A stretch of 64,000 nt of DNA from a candidate division FCPU426 bacterium (lineage in GTDB: Bacteria; Oederibacteriota; Muellerivitia; Muellerivitales; Muellerivitaceae): NCBI GenBank assembly GCA_963796105.1, contig CAWCKJ010000004.1, positions 320,001 through 384,000 of the forward strand, in the 5' to 3' direction. Shown here in pieces: positions 20,165 to 31,025 of the stretch (position 1 is its first letter; every line of letters begins with the position of its first letter). A program made the translations under genes and the position numbers. The notes under the pieces were generated by a model. The model saw only the letters and a program-made list of their open reading frames with translations. It did no database searches and was not told the origin of the DNA.

Positions 20165-21322
20165 TTAAAGGATTTTGGCCGCTTGTGAACGGGCCCATCG
20201 ATCGGCCATCAATATACCATCGAGGGTCCCATTTGTCAGGGAACGGTATTTTGCCAGTGTTTTCTCGATGATTCTAGGGATATCGCTGAAACTGATTTCC
20301 TCCCTTAAAAACCGGCCCACTGCCACCTCATTGGCCGCGTTTAGGACCGCGGGAAAAGTGCCGCCCTTTTTCCCCGCCTCATATGCCAGGTCCACGCATG
20401 GAAACTTTTTCCGGTCAGGTTTCTCGAAGTGGAGTTTACCCGCTTTGGACAGGTCCAGCCTTTCAACAGGTGTTTTCTTTCGTTCGGGATAGGTCAGGGC
20501 GAATTGGATGGGAATCTGCATATCAGTGGTCCCCAGTTGGGCCAGAACCGACCCGTCAATAAATTCCACCATGGAATGCACGATAGATTCGGGATGGATC
20601 ACGATTTCGATTTTTTGGAAAGTCGTATTGAAAAGATAATGCGCCTCGATGACCTCCAGCCCCTTATTCATCAGGGTGGCCGAGTCGATAGTGATTTTCG
20701 GGCCCATGCGCCAGGTCGGGTGGTTCAGGGCTTCCTTCAAAGTGATTTTATGGAAGTGTTTCTGGTGTAGAAGGCGGAATGGGCCGCCGGAAGCCGTCAG
20801 AATGATCCGATGAATTTCAGTTTCAGGCTTGTGGCATCCCGCCAGACATTGGAATATCGCGCAATGTTCACTGTCAACTGGAAGAATTTTGGATCCCGAT
20901 TTCAAAGCCGCCTTTGTCACCACTTCCCCGGCCATGACCATGGTTTCCTTGTTTGCCAGGGCGATATCCTTTCCTCTTTGGATGGCGGTCAAGGTCGGCC
21001 TCAATCCCGCCGCTCCCACGATGGCGGAAAGCACCATATCGGCTCCCGATTCGGCCGCAACCGCCACCAGCCCTTCCTCCCCGCCCAGGATTCGGGTTGG
21101 AATCCCACTTGTGAGACTCTTAAGCGGTGAAACCAAGCTCTCGTCCATAACCGCGGCTAACTTAGGATGGAATGCCTTGATTTGTTTTGCCAATTCCCTG
21201 ATATTTCGATTGGCCGTCAAACCCGTTATCCGAAAACTCGGTTTGAGTTTTCGGACGACTTTGAGGGTGGATAAGCCTATGGAACCGGTGGAACCCAGAA
21301 TGGCTATGTTTTTAAATGGCAA
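20165..21322 (-). CDS. dxr: 1-deoxy-D-xylulose-5-phosphate reductoisomerase
   Basis: ILGSTGSIG, LANKE, PVDSEH, HPTWRMG, NKGLEVIEA. Confidence 0.98.
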   Translation of the reverse strand: MPFKNIAILGSTGSIGLSTLKVVRKLKPSFRITGLTANRNIRELAKQIKAFHPKLAAVMDESLVSPLKSLTSGIPTRILGGEEGLVAVAAESGADMVLSAIVGAAGLRPTLTAIQRGKDIALANKETMVMAGEVVTKAALKSGSKILPVDSEHCAIFQCLAGCHKPETEIHRIILTASGGPFRLLHQKHFHKITLKEALNHPTWRMGPKITIDSATLMNKGLEVIEAHYLFNTTFQKIEIVIHPESIVHSMVEFIDGSVLAQLGTTDMQIPIQFALTYPERKKTPVERLDLSKAGKLHFEKPDRKKFPCVDLAYEAGKKGGTFPAVLNAANEVAVGRFLREEISFSDIPRIIEKTLAKYRSLTNGTLDGILMADRWARSQAAKIL

Positions 21323-21408
21323 GTCATTAACCTCGGTAACGATACCCCCGTACGAGAGGGATTTAATAGGTGGATTATATCACTCGTAAATTTCCCAATA
21401 GGGCGTTA

Positions 21409-21436
21409 AACATGAAAGGCGGCCTTTCGGCCGCCT
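21409..21436 (-). terminator. Intrinsic terminator after dnaK
   Basis: AGGCGGCC-gaaa-GGCCGCCT hairpin followed by a T-rich tail. Confidence 0.7.
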
Positions 21437-21466
21437 CCAATAAAATGTTCGAGTTTTCACTAATAA

Positions 21467-23398
21467 TTATTTTTTGTCCTTATCCATGGGCTCGTATTCC
21501 GCGTCCACAGCCCCGTCATTCTTCTCCTTTTCCTCTGGTTTGGGGGTTTCCGCTGTTTGGGCACCAGACGCCGCCTGTTTCTCGGCGGTCGCTTTGTACA
21601 TGGCTTCCCCAAGCTTCATGGAGGCTTCGGTCAACTCCTCCGTGGCTTTTTTAATGGCCTCGGCATCCTCACCCGTGATGACTTTTTTCAAGGCCTCCAG
21701 CTTTTCCTCGATCTTCTTTTTGGTGTCGCCATCCACCTTATCCCCGTATTCCTTGAGGGCCTTCTCGGTGGAATAGAGCAGGGTATCCGCGTGGTTCCTC
21801 GCCTCGATTTTTTCCTTCTTTTTCTTGTCCTCGTCGGCGTGGGCTTCGGCGTCCTTTTGCATTTTCTTGATCTCGTCGTCTGACAACCCCGAGGAGGGAG
21901 TGATTCGGATAGACTGTTCCTTGCCAGTCCCCAGGTCCTTGGCCGCGACATGCAGGATTCCATTGGCGTCGATGTTAAAGGTGACCTCAATCTGAGGAAC
22001 ACCACGGGGAGCCGGCGGTATACCCACTAGGTCGAACCGTCCAAGGGTTCGGTTGTCGGAAGCCATCTCCCTTTCCCCTTGGAGGACATGGATAGAAACC
22101 GTGCTTTGTCCATCAGCGGCCGTGGAAAAAATCTGGCTCTTCTTGACCGGGATGGTTGTGTTGCGGTCGATGATCCGGGTCATGACCCCTCCCAGTGTTT
22201 CCACACCCAGGGAGAGGGGTGTGACGTCCAGCAAAAGCACGTCCTTAACCTCGCCTTTCAAGACCCCGGCCTGGATGGCCGCGCCGATCGCCACAACCTC
22301 GTCCGGATTTACGCCTTTATGAGGCTCCTTCTGGAAAAACTCCTTCACGGTTTTGATGACTAGCGGCATACGGGTCATGCCGCCCACCAGCACCACTTCA
22401 TTGATGTCATCCACGCCCAAACCCGCGTCCTTCAGGGCTTTCCGGCATGGCTCGATGGTCTTGTCCACGTAGTCCCCCACCAACTGCTCCAGCTTGGACC
22501 GAGTCAGTTTGACGTTCAAATGCTTGGGGCCAGAGGCGTCGGCCGTGATGAAGGGCAGGTTAATCTCGGTTTCCTGGGTGGTGGAAAGATCGATTTTCGC
22601 CTTCTCCGCTCCTTCTTTCAGCCGCTGTAAAGCCATCCGGTCGTTCTTCAAGTCGACTCCGTTGTCCTTTTTGAACTCCTCCACGAGCCACTGGATGATT
22701 TTCTGGTCAAAGTCATCGCCCCCAAGGTGGGTATCCCCATTGGTGGATTTTACCTCGAAAACGCCGTCCCCCAGCTCCAGGATGGAGATGTCGAAAGTTC
22801 CCCCGCCCAGGTCGTAAACCGCGATTTTCTCGTTCTTTTGCTTTTTGTCCAAGCCGTAGGCCAGCGCCGCCGCGGTCGGTTCGTTGATGATGCGAAGAAC
22901 TTCCAGGCCTGCGATTTTGCCAGCGTCCTTTGTGGCTTGGCGCTGCGCATCGTTGAAATAAGCCGGCACCGTGATGACTGCCTCTGTGATTGCCCCTCCT
23001 ACATAGGCTTCCGCGTCCGCCTTGAGTTTTTGCAGGATCATGGCCGAGATCTCGGGTGGTGAGTATTCCTTGTCGTCGATCTTCACGCGGACATCGCCAT
23101 TGGAGGCTTCTTTCATGACGTATGGCACCATTTTCCGGTCCATCTCAACTTCCGAGTCATGAAGCTTCCTGCCCATGAAGCGCTTGATGGAGTAAACCGT
23201 GTTAGTGGGGTTGGTGATGGCCTGGTTCTTGGCGACACGGCCGACCAGCCTTTCCCCTGTTTTAGAAAAACCCACCACGGAAGGCGTCGTTCGGGCGCCT
23301 TCCGAATTGGCGATGACTTTCGGTTCTCCGCCTTCCATGATAGCCATGCATGAATTGGTCGTTCCCAAATCGATTCCCAATACTTTGTTTGTTGCCAT
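21467..23398 (-). CDS. dnaK: Chaperone DnaK
   Basis: [29 protein letters not shown]. Confidence 0.99.
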   Translation of the reverse strand: MATNKVLGIDLGTTNSCMAIMEGGEPKVIANSEGARTTPSVVGFSKTGERLVGRVAKNQAITNPTNTVYSIKRFMGRKLHDSEVEMDRKMVPYVMKEASNGDVRVKIDDKEYSPPEISAMILQKLKADAEAYVGGAITEAVITVPAYFNDAQRQATKDAGKIAGLEVLRIINEPTAAALAYGLDKKQKNEKIAVYDLGGGTFDISILELGDGVFEVKSTNGDTHLGGDDFDQKIIQWLVEEFKKDNGVDLKNDRMALQRLKEGAEKAKIDLSTTQETEINLPFITADASGPKHLNVKLTRSKLEQLVGDYVDKTIEPCRKALKDAGLGVDDINEVVLVGGMTRMPLVIKTVKEFFQKEPHKGVNPDEVVAIGAAIQAGVLKGEVKDVLLLDVTPLSLGVETLGGVMTRIIDRNTTIPVKKSQIFSTAADGQSTVSIHVLQGEREMASDNRTLGRFDLVGIPPAPRGVPQIEVTFNIDANGILHVAAKDLGTGKEQSIRITPSSGLSDDEIKKMQKDAEAHADEDKKKKEKIEARNHADTLLYSTEKALKEYGDKVDGDTKKKIEEKLEALKKVITGEDAEAIKKATEELTEASMKLGEAMYKATAEKQAASGAQTAETPKPEEKEKNDGAVDAEYEPMDKDKK

Positions 23399-23517
23399 TT
23401 TAAAACTCCTCTTTTTTTCTTCTCTTCCCGCCCTTACTCGGGCTAGGATTTAAAACCTCAATTTTTATAGATTCCTTGCCGCGAACGCTTCGGAGCGAGA
23501 TTTGCGCCGCTGGAGAC

Positions 23518-24114
23518 TCACCTGTGGTTTTTGGCCACCTTCACCATGGCGGGGCGTAAGACCCGATCCTGAAGCATATAGCCGCTTTGCAGCTCCTCCA
23601 ATACGGTTTGATCCGGATACTGGGTTGTTTCTTCCTGGAACATGACTTGATGGAACCGGGGATCAAACATCTCGCCCAGAACCTTCATTTTTGTTACCCC
23701 ATTTTTCTCCAAAAGGGAATGGAACTGGCGCAAAGTCAATTCCACGCCTTGTTTGAGACCCAGGAATCCCTGATCCAGATCGTCCTTCGGCATGGAAGTC
23801 ATGGCCCTTTCCAGGTTATCCACGACTATCAGCAATTCCTTCAGCAACGCGGTTTGGGAGAATTTAAGGAACTCCTCTTTTTCCTTCAAGACCCTTTTTT
23901 TATAGTTATCAAAGTCGGCCGCCATCCACACCAGCCTGTCTTTAACTTCGTCATATTTTTGTTTCCATTCCTCGATTTCAGCGCCGGAGGCAACGCTTTT
24001 ATTTGTTTTTTCGTTGGCGTTGAGGCCTTCTTCCTTCGGTTCGGGAGATCCGGAAAGAATTTCCACTTCGTTTTCTAGATTGCCAGAGTCCGCATTGAAA
24101 GGAATTTCCACCAT
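23518..24114 (-). CDS. grpE: Nucleotide exchange factor GrpE
   Basis: ADFDNYKKR, FDPRFHQ, GY...RVLRPAMVKVA. Confidence 0.97.
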   Translation of the reverse strand: MVEIPFNADSGNLENEVEILSGSPEPKEEGLNANEKTNKSVASGAEIEEWKQKYDEVKDRLVWMAADFDNYKKRVLKEKEEFLKFSQTALLKELLIVVDNLERAMTSMPKDDLDQGFLGLKQGVELTLRQFHSLLEKNGVTKMKVLGEMFDPRFHQVMFQEETTQYPDQTVLEELQSGYMLQDRVLRPAMVKVAKNHR

Positions 24115-24117
24115 GGC

Positions 24118-25155
24118 TCACCATTCCCTTCGGGAAAAAGTGTCTTCCAAAAATCTGGCTAAATGGTCGACAATCCCCGCAACTCGGTCATAAGGCATCC
24201 GGGTGGGCCCCAGAACACCCACTGCGCCCACCACTCTCCCCTTGAGTGTATAGGGGACATGAACAAAGGAAAAATCCCGCAAAGACTGCTCCGAAAACTC
24301 TCCCCCGATTTCAAAAGATAGCCCGGTCCGGTCCCAACTGCGGTTGAAGCATTGGGCAAGAGGTCGCTTTTCCTCCACCAACCTCAATACTTTTTCCATC
24401 ATTTCCGCGTTTTGAAACTCAGGCTGCTCCATTAAGCGGGAAGCGCCCTCCAAATGAATCTGATCATACTCGTATCGGAGCGCCCCATCGATCATCCTCA
24501 AGGTGGCTTCCAAAATATCAAGCTGGGCGTTCTTGACCGACTCCGCCTCCCTTAAGAGCGACTCGCGGATATCCACCAGACTCATGCCCTTGAACCTTGA
24601 ATTCAAGAGCTGGGTGATTCGCCCCACTTCCTTAAGTTTTACCGGGGCGTCCAAATGGACCAATTCTTCCTTGAGTAGTCCGTTTCCCAGGACCAACAAA
24701 ACCATTATTTTCTTCGCGTCGATGGCCACAAGGTTGACGTGATCAAGGGATATTTCCTGGGGCGTGTGATAAACCGCTAAGCCCGCCAGCCGGGTCATGG
24801 CGGCCAGGATCTTGGCGGTATGCCTCATTAGGTTTTTCACCTCATCCTTTGTTTCCTCGTACTGCTGTTCAATAATTTGTTTTTCTCTTTCGTTCAACCG
24901 ACGCGCCTGCATCAGGCGGTCCACGTAAAAACGGTAGGCCGAATCGAGCGGAATGCGTCCGGCCGAGGTATGGGGATGGGTGAGATAGCCCATGTTTTCC
25001 AATTCCAAAAGAACATTACGGACCGTGGCTGAGGAAATATCCATGCTTTCCGCGATAACTTGCGACCCCACCGGTTTAGCGGAATCCACATAGTGACGGA
25101 TAACAGAAGAAAGGATTTTTTCCTCTCGAGTTGTTAATGGTTGGCTGACAGCCAA
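24118..25155 (-). CDS. hrcA: Heat-inducible transcription repressor HrcA
   Basis: PVGS, SSATVRN, PHTSAGRIP, GPTRMPY. Confidence 0.97.
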   Translation of the reverse strand: MAVSQPLTTREEKILSSVIRHYVDSAKPVGSQVIAESMDISSATVRNVLLELENMGYLTHPHTSAGRIPLDSAYRFYVDRLMQARRLNEREKQIIEQQYEETKDEVKNLMRHTAKILAAMTRLAGLAVYHTPQEISLDHVNLVAIDAKKIMVLLVLGNGLLKEELVHLDAPVKLKEVGRITQLLNSRFKGMSLVDIRESLLREAESVKNAQLDILEATLRMIDGALRYEYDQIHLEGASRLMEQPEFQNAEMMEKVLRLVEEKRPLAQCFNRSWDRTGLSFEIGGEFSEQSLRDFSFVHVPYTLKGRVVGAVGVLGPTRMPYDRVAGIVDHLARFLEDTFSRREW

Positions 25156-25156
25156 T

Positions 25157-25183
25157 GGAGTTCTCCAAAAAAAGAAGTGTTAA
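25157..25183 (-). promoter_or_regulatory. Degenerate CIRCE element
   Basis: TTAACACTT-N9-GAGAACTCC versus consensus TTAGCACTC-N9-GAGTGCTAA (7/9 and 5/9, exact spacing), between the promoter and the hrcA start. Confidence 0.55.
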
Positions 25184-25192
25184 GGCCCTTTA

Positions 25193-25220
25193 ATAATAAG
25201 TTGAGATCAGGGAAAGTCAA
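25193..25220 (-). promoter_or_regulatory. Sigma70-type promoter for hrcA-grpE-dnaK
   Basis: TTGACT-16 bp-TATTAT. Confidence 0.6.
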
Positions 25221-25272
25221 CTTCCCATCCCAACACCTCCCGTCTCAAAAACCACTAAAACAAGGAAATTCC

Positions 25273-26379
25273 TCAAGCCATCAAAGTTTGCAAAATCGCA
25301 TTAAGCGTAAAGTACCCTTGGGAAGTGACCCGATAACGGCCTTGAGTAAAAGACAATTTGCCTAGTTTGAGGAAGAACGAAAATTTATTTTCATAAGATA
25401 TTCCCGCCATATCTGCGTAATGTTGTATTTCTTCTTTTAAAATGCCATCCCTCGTTCGCAAGCCCAGCATTATTTTCTCGAATTCGAGAATGGATTGCGC
25501 GAGTTTTTCAGTCCGCAACGCCGGCCCTTTCCCCTCATTTTCGATGTATTCCTTCAAATCATCCCTATGTGAATACCGGCAACCCTTCACTGTCCCCACT
25601 GCCGAGACCCCAAAACCCCAATAGTCTTCTCCCCGCCAAACATTCCAATTGTGGAGGCAATGTTTATCCGAACGGGCGTAATTGGACACTTCGTATTGCT
25701 CGAAACCCCGCTGAACGAGAAATTCCTGGGCAAAAGCGTACTGATCCGCAGATTCATCCTCGCTTGGCAAGACTAAACCTTGCTGGACCTGCTTTGATAA
25801 AGGAGTGCCCTCTTCCACTTGCAAAGCATAAAGGGATAAATGGTCCGGAGCTAAACTGACTGCTTGTTCCAGGGATTCTTTGAACTTTTCCAGGGTTTGT
25901 CCCGGGAGGCCAAACATGAGGTCTAAGTTGATATTCTCGAAACCCGCGTTCCTAGCGTCTTGGAAAGAAAGTTCGACTTGGCTCCAATCATGCCCCCGGC
26001 CTAATCTTTTTAAAATATCCTTTTGAAATGCCTGGGCTCCGAAACTCAACCGGTTGATCCCTAAAAACCGGTAGCCCGCCAACTTTGGCAAATCAACGGT
26101 TTCAGGATTCGCCTCCAGGGAAATCTCCGCGTGAGGTTCAAGCAAAACCTTGGCTTTCATTCGACTCAACAGTCTTTCCAGTTGTTGAACTGAGAGGGTC
26201 GAGGGGGTACCCCCTCCGAAATAGAGGGTTTTCAAGGGCCCCTCCAAGTCGGACGCGGTTACCTCCCGGCCAAGAGCCTCAACATAGGTGTCCATTTTTA
26301 ATTTTTGTCCGGCAAAGGACGTGAAATCGCAGTAGGAACAAATGGACGCGCAAAAAGGGATGTGAACGTAAACATTCAT
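25273..26379 (-). CDS. hemW: Radical SAM heme chaperone HemW (HemN-like)
   Basis: YVHIPFCASICSYCDF, GGGTPS, YEVSNYA, HNWNVW; lepA-hemW-hrcA synteny. Confidence 0.9.
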   Translation of the reverse strand: MNVYVHIPFCASICSYCDFTSFAGQKLKMDTYVEALGREVTASDLEGPLKTLYFGGGTPSTLSVQQLERLLSRMKAKVLLEPHAEISLEANPETVDLPKLAGYRFLGINRLSFGAQAFQKDILKRLGRGHDWSQVELSFQDARNAGFENINLDLMFGLPGQTLEKFKESLEQAVSLAPDHLSLYALQVEEGTPLSKQVQQGLVLPSEDESADQYAFAQEFLVQRGFEQYEVSNYARSDKHCLHNWNVWRGEDYWGFGVSAVGTVKGCRYSHRDDLKEYIENEGKGPALRTEKLAQSILEFEKIMLGLRTRDGILKEEIQHYADMAGISYENKFSFFLKLGKLSFTQGRYRVTSQGYFTLNAILQTLMA

Positions 26380-26428
26380 GGAATTAGGCTTGTGTCAGGT
26401 AACATTTGTTCTTTCAAATGATTTTTCT

Positions 26429-27163
26429 TCAATGGATAATTGAAAACATTCGATGAAAACAAAATTTGATGGAGTCCCAAAAAACTCCGAAATTAGAAAA
26501 ATGGAGGCTGTGCCAATAAATAGCCCAAGCCCTTCCTTTGATGAGTTTTACATCCAATTGTCCCCAATAACGGGAATCATAACTATTGTCCCGGTTGTCC
26601 CCCATCATGAAATAATGTCCAGGCTCCACCGTGACAGGGCCGAAATTATCCCTCATTCCGTTTAAATAATCCCCGGCTGATTCAATGTTGGGGTCGATAT
26701 GCTTGATATAAGGCTCAATTTGTTTGATGCCGTTAATATAAAGATCCTTTTTTTTGCATTCAATCACATCGCCTGGCGTCCCTATACATCGTTTGACAAA
26801 GTCCTTGGTATGATCCACGGGATAAACAAAAACCAGGATATCCCCATGACGGGGTTTCTTGAATTGCAAGAACCTGGGTGTGCTGTTCCAAATGGAGTAC
26901 CCATACTCATATTTTTTCACAAGGATGTAGTCACCGATTTGCAAAGTGTCCTCCATGCTTCCGGAAGGGATGGTGAATGGCTGAAGCAGAACCGCTTTCA
27001 AACTCAGGGCCAGTAATATGGCTACCCACAGGGAATCGACCGTTTCCACGATCCCCTTTAAACCCTCGTTTTTCCTGATGGAAGGTAATCCCCATTTCAT
27101 GACGATTTCTAATAGGGTCAATATTCCCGCCGCGGCGTATAGGTAATAATTCAGGTTTTCCAT
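26429..27163 (-). CDS. lepB: Signal peptidase I
   Basis: IPSGSME, FVKRCIG, MGDNRDNSYDSR. Confidence 0.97.
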   Translation of the reverse strand: MENLNYYLYAAAGILTLLEIVMKWGLPSIRKNEGLKGIVETVDSLWVAILLALSLKAVLLQPFTIPSGSMEDTLQIGDYILVKKYEYGYSIWNSTPRFLQFKKPRHGDILVFVYPVDHTKDFVKRCIGTPGDVIECKKKDLYINGIKQIEPYIKHIDPNIESAGDYLNGMRDNFGPVTVEPGHYFMMGDNRDNSYDSRYWGQLDVKLIKGRAWAIYWHSLHFSNFGVFWDSIKFCFHRMFSIIH

Positions 27164-27185
27164 TTTCCCTCTTTTCCTTTGGACG

Positions 27186-29006
27186 CTATTCTTCCACCTT
27201 CAAGACCGCCAGGAAAGCTTCCTGGGGTATTTCTACCTGTCCGATGGATTTCATCCGCTTCTTTCCTTCCTTCTGCTTTTCCAGTAGTTTCCGTTTTCTT
27301 GTGATGTCCCCACCGTAGCATTTGGCTAGGACGTCTTTTCGGCGGGCGCGAACCGTTTCCCGGGCGATAACCTTTCCACCGATAGCCGCCTGAATAGGCA
27401 CCTCGAAAAGTTGGCGGGGGATGATTTCTTTGAGTTTTTCAGCGATACTCCGGCCCCTGGCTTCCGATTTGTCAACATGGGTCATGAAGGACAATGCGTC
27501 CACCGGCTCCCCATTTAAAAGAATATCCACCTTGACCACATCTCCCGGTCGATGGCCGATGGGTTCATAGTCAAGGGAAGCGTATCCCTTGGTTCCGCTT
27601 TTCAAGCGGTCAAAAAAATCCATCACCACCTCGGCCAAGGGCAACTCGTAGGTAATCTGAGCACGGGTAGGGTCCAAGAAATGGGTATCCTTGTGGGTCC
27701 CCCGGCGGTCCTGGCAAAGGGTCATCACCGCTCCTATGTAATCGGAGGGGGTGATGATCCTGGCGTCAATATAGGGCTCGTCGATTTCTTCAATCATCGA
27801 AGGATTAGGAAGTTTTGCCGGATTGTCCACCATGATCACATCGCCGTTGGTCTTTTGGATCCTGTACACCACGCTGGGAGCGGTGGCGATGAGGTTCAAG
27901 CCGTATTCCCTTTCCAAACGCTCCTGGACTATTTCCATGTGCAGAAGCCCCAGGAACCCGCAGCGAAAACCAAAAGAAAGGGCCGCTGAGGTTTCAGGTT
28001 CGAAGGAAAGAGCCCCGTCGGAAAGTTTGAGCTTCGAGAGAGCCTCTTTCAAATCGTTGTAATCCTCCGAATTCACTGGATAAAGGCCGCAAAAAACCAT
28101 CGGAAGAACATCCTTGAAGCCCGGCAGAGGGTTGTCCGTGGGCTTGTTTTCTTCAGTGATCGTGTCCCCGACTTTGGCGTCTTTGGCTTCCTTGATGTTG
28201 GCGGCAACGTATCCCACTTCACCAGCCGAGAGTTTTTCTGATTTTTCCATTTTAGGCTTGAAGACGCCGACTTCCTCCACCTCGAAAACCTTGCCAGTAG
28301 CCATGAATTTCATTCGGGTGCCCCGTCCAATGGCTCCGTTGAACATTCGGATAAAAACAATCACTCCCCGGTAAGGATCGAACATGGAATCGAAGATCAA
28401 GCCCTTCAAGGGCTCCTGCGTCTCGCCTGTTGGATGGGGAACCCTTTTGACAATCGCCTCAAGGATTTCCTGGATTCCTGTTCCTTCCTTTGCCGAAGCC
28501 TGAATGGCTTCGGAACTGTCCAGGGCGAGGGACTCCTCCATTTGGGCCTTGCATCGGTTGACGTCGGCGGCGGGCAAGTCGATCTTATTAATAACGGGAA
28601 TGATGGCCAATTTCTGGTCCATGGCGAGGAACGCATTGGCGAGAGTCTGGGCTTCCACACCCTGGGAAGCGTCGATCAAAAGAAGGGCTCCCTCGCAAGC
28701 CTTGAGGCTTCGGGAAACCTCGTAATTGAAATCCACATGCCCAGGGGTGTCAATCAGGTTCATCTCGTAGGTCTTGCCGTCCAGCGCCTTATAAAAAAAC
28801 CGGACAGCCTTGGCCTTGATGGTGATTCCCCTCTCCCGCTCCAAATCCATCTGGTCCATGAGCTGGGCCCTCATCTCCCTGGGGGGGATGGCTCCCGTAA
28901 ACTCCAGTAAACGGTCCGCCAAGGTGCTTTTGCCATGGTCAATATGGGCGATAATGCAGAAATTTCGGATGTGCTCAAGCGCCAAGGGACTACCTCTTCC
29001 GGTCAT
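27186..29006 (-). CDS. lepA: Elongation factor 4
   Basis: [34 protein letters not shown]. Confidence 0.99.
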   Translation of the reverse strand: MTGRGSPLALEHIRNFCIIAHIDHGKSTLADRLLEFTGAIPPREMRAQLMDQMDLERERGITIKAKAVRFFYKALDGKTYEMNLIDTPGHVDFNYEVSRSLKACEGALLLIDASQGVEAQTLANAFLAMDQKLAIIPVINKIDLPAADVNRCKAQMEESLALDSSEAIQASAKEGTGIQEILEAIVKRVPHPTGETQEPLKGLIFDSMFDPYRGVIVFIRMFNGAIGRGTRMKFMATGKVFEVEEVGVFKPKMEKSEKLSAGEVGYVAANIKEAKDAKVGDTITEENKPTDNPLPGFKDVLPMVFCGLYPVNSEDYNDLKEALSKLKLSDGALSFEPETSAALSFGFRCGFLGLLHMEIVQERLEREYGLNLIATAPSVVYRIQKTNGDVIMVDNPAKLPNPSMIEEIDEPYIDARIITPSDYIGAVMTLCQDRRGTHKDTHFLDPTRAQITYELPLAEVVMDFFDRLKSGTKGYASLDYEPIGHRPGDVVKVDILLNGEPVDALSFMTHVDKSEARGRSIAEKLKEIIPRQLFEVPIQAAIGGKVIARETVRARRKDVLAKCYGGDITRKRKLLEKQKEGKKRMKSIGQVEIPQEAFLAVLKVEE

Positions 29007-29102
29007 TTTTTAAAGGGGCCTAGTATAAGACAGTGAATTTCTAAAAAGAAGGAAGTAAAATTTTACTCTTCGAGCTATACGTTATTTTAAAGGGCCTAAA
29101 AT

Positions 29103-29132
29103 AAAAAAAGGCGGCCCCAAAAAGGGCCGCCT
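29103..29132 (-). terminator. Intrinsic terminator closing the porin/lipoprotein operon
   Basis: AGGCGGCCC-6 nt-GGGCCGCCT followed by a T run on the minus strand. Confidence 0.85.
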
Positions 29133-29147
29133 AACCATAAAAATTAA

Positions 29148-30071
29148 TCAATAAAAGGAAACGTTGTCCACCCAAAAATCCGTATAGTCGTTTCCACATC
29201 CACCGTTATCGCCAAATTTCCACATTAAAAATAAGGCTTCAGTCTCGAAGGTTCCACTGCCCGGGCAGGGAAGTGGAGGACCGGTGGTATAGGTGATATT
29301 ACCGTTACAAGGAGTCGTTAATGAACTAATGCTCAGGGCACCCCATCCAGCGGTTTGCAACTGTGAAAATAGGAAGGTCACTGGTTGCCACCCCGCGCCA
29401 ACAAGCGAACTGGGCAAAGCTGTTCCATTGCCCCAAAAGTAGTCGTAACAATTACCGCCACCTCCGCCAAAAGGAGGGGGGCAGATACCACCGGGATCGT
29501 TGGTGGGAGGAGTCTGCTGGGCGACCCCGATTGCAAACATCCTTTGGTAATTGGGGTCTTGAGTGGAAGTGCCGAGAATGACTCCATCATCAGGTAGAAC
29601 GTTGATGTTGAAACTGACCCCTTGAAAGGGCGTCAGGTCGTATTTGTAATGTTTCACTGGATTGTTGCTCAAGAAAGCGTAAAGAAAGAAGGCGGGATAA
29701 GTAGATGAACCTGCGCCTGTCGCACAATAGTCGTATTGCGCCCCAGAAAGATGAACCGCGTATGCACTCCCGTCCCCAGGGTTCGTTTCCAAGATTTTGG
29801 GCGTTAAACTGCCGTTGATCATATTGGTGAGTCCAGGCGCTCCCCCGTAAGTGATCTGCTGGAAATAACCGTTATCAAAACCCTTCAGCGAAGGGTTCAT
29901 AACCAAAGAACCGTTTGTAAAATTGCTGATCACGTTATTGGGCTGGGGTGTGGCTACCGCTGCGGCCAAGGGAGGAATTTTATAATTACACCCCTGTGAA
30001 AGCCACAATATCCCCGCGGTAAAAACCGCGAAGAACAAAACCAACAAGGTTCTAAACCAAATACCTTTCAT
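29148..30071 (-). CDS. Lipoprotein with CBM11/CIA30-like galactose-binding-fold domain
   Basis: Lipobox-like LSQGC; ISNF...YDLTPFQGVSF...GGIC..CYDYF...FWVDNVSFY. Confidence 0.65.
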   Translation of the reverse strand: MKGIWFRTLLVLFFAVFTAGILWLSQGCNYKIPPLAAAVATPQPNNVISNFTNGSLVMNPSLKGFDNGYFQQITYGGAPGLTNMINGSLTPKILETNPGDGSAYAVHLSGAQYDYCATGAGSSTYPAFFLYAFLSNNPVKHYKYDLTPFQGVSFNINVLPDDGVILGTSTQDPNYQRMFAIGVAQQTPPTNDPGGICPPPFGGGGGNCYDYFWGNGTALPSSLVGAGWQPVTFLFSQLQTAGWGALSISSLTTPCNGNITYTTGPPLPCPGSGTFETEALFLMWKFGDNGGCGNDYTDFWVDNVSFY

Positions 30072-30110
30072 GCCTACCTCCCGGAGCCAAGCCTTATGAC
30101 GGGCTTTCCG

Positions 30111-31025
30111 TTACTTGAAGAACTCGATATCATCCACCCAAAAATCAAAATAGGATATTCCGGGTTGATTATTCCGGCCCTCATCCCATTCCAGGAAAAA
30201 TATCTGCTGAAGATTGACCCCGCTCAAAGTGGGCGGGTTCGTGATGACGCCAGGCTGCAATTGGTGAAGATCCGTGAATTTATAGCTGAATTGTTTCCAC
30301 TGTCCGCCAGTACCACTGCTGAAATCCGCCGCGAACGAATCGTCACAAAGCCTCGGCCCGCCCATGCACCCACCTCCCCCAACCGGGCTTGTGGTCTGGT
30401 AAACCGGGACGCTGAAAAAACGGTAAAGAGTGGTGTCGTCGCTTCCCACCTTTAAGTGGTATTTGACCCCATTAAAAAAGCTGGCGTCATAAAACCCACC
30501 GCCTTCCATCTGGGCTTGTAGCTTCACCGAGTCGAAAGAGGAATAATCGCCCGGGTCCAGGAGAGCTCCTGTGACGTGGAAGGCATAATCGCTGGACGAA
30601 CCGCTCGGTCCTGGAGTGTCCAACCAAGGTGCCATGGGGATCGTCAGAATGGATGATCCGCCGAGGGTAACGGTGGTATTTTGCACAGTCGGCGGGTTTG
30701 AGGAGATAGCAATATAAGCCGACCAATCGTTTACCGCTGTAACAGAGCCGCCGGCCGTTTTCAACTTGTAGGTGGGAGGATTACTTGCCTCAAAAAGATC
30801 CGGGTTGACGGTAACCGCATCGGAATTGAAATTTGCCACCGTGCTCCAATCTAAAACTGATTGAGGTGTCGGATATGTTCCGTAAGATGGTACGCTGTTT
30901 TTACAACCCAAAAACCCAGCGATTAATGGAATCAAAACAAATGCCAACCCGACTGCCATCCGGCAGGATAGAACTTTCCGAAGTGGGTTTCGGATTTCCC
31001 CCGTCAGCTTAAAATTGGATTTCAT
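30111..31025 (-). CDS. Lipoprotein with CBM11/CIA30-like domain
   Basis: Lipobox FLGC; VANF...YDASFFNGVKY...GGGC..CDDSF...FWVDDIEFF. Confidence 0.65.
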   Translation of the reverse strand: MKSNFKLTGEIRNPLRKVLSCRMAVGLAFVLIPLIAGFLGCKNSVPSYGTYPTPQSVLDWSTVANFNSDAVTVNPDLFEASNPPTYKLKTAGGSVTAVNDWSAYIAISSNPPTVQNTTVTLGGSSILTIPMAPWLDTPGPSGSSSDYAFHVTGALLDPGDYSSFDSVKLQAQMEGGGFYDASFFNGVKYHLKVGSDDTTLYRFFSVPVYQTTSPVGGGGCMGGPRLCDDSFAADFSSGTGGQWKQFSYKFTDLHQLQPGVITNPPTLSGVNLQQIFFLEWDEGRNNQPGISYFDFWVDDIEFFK

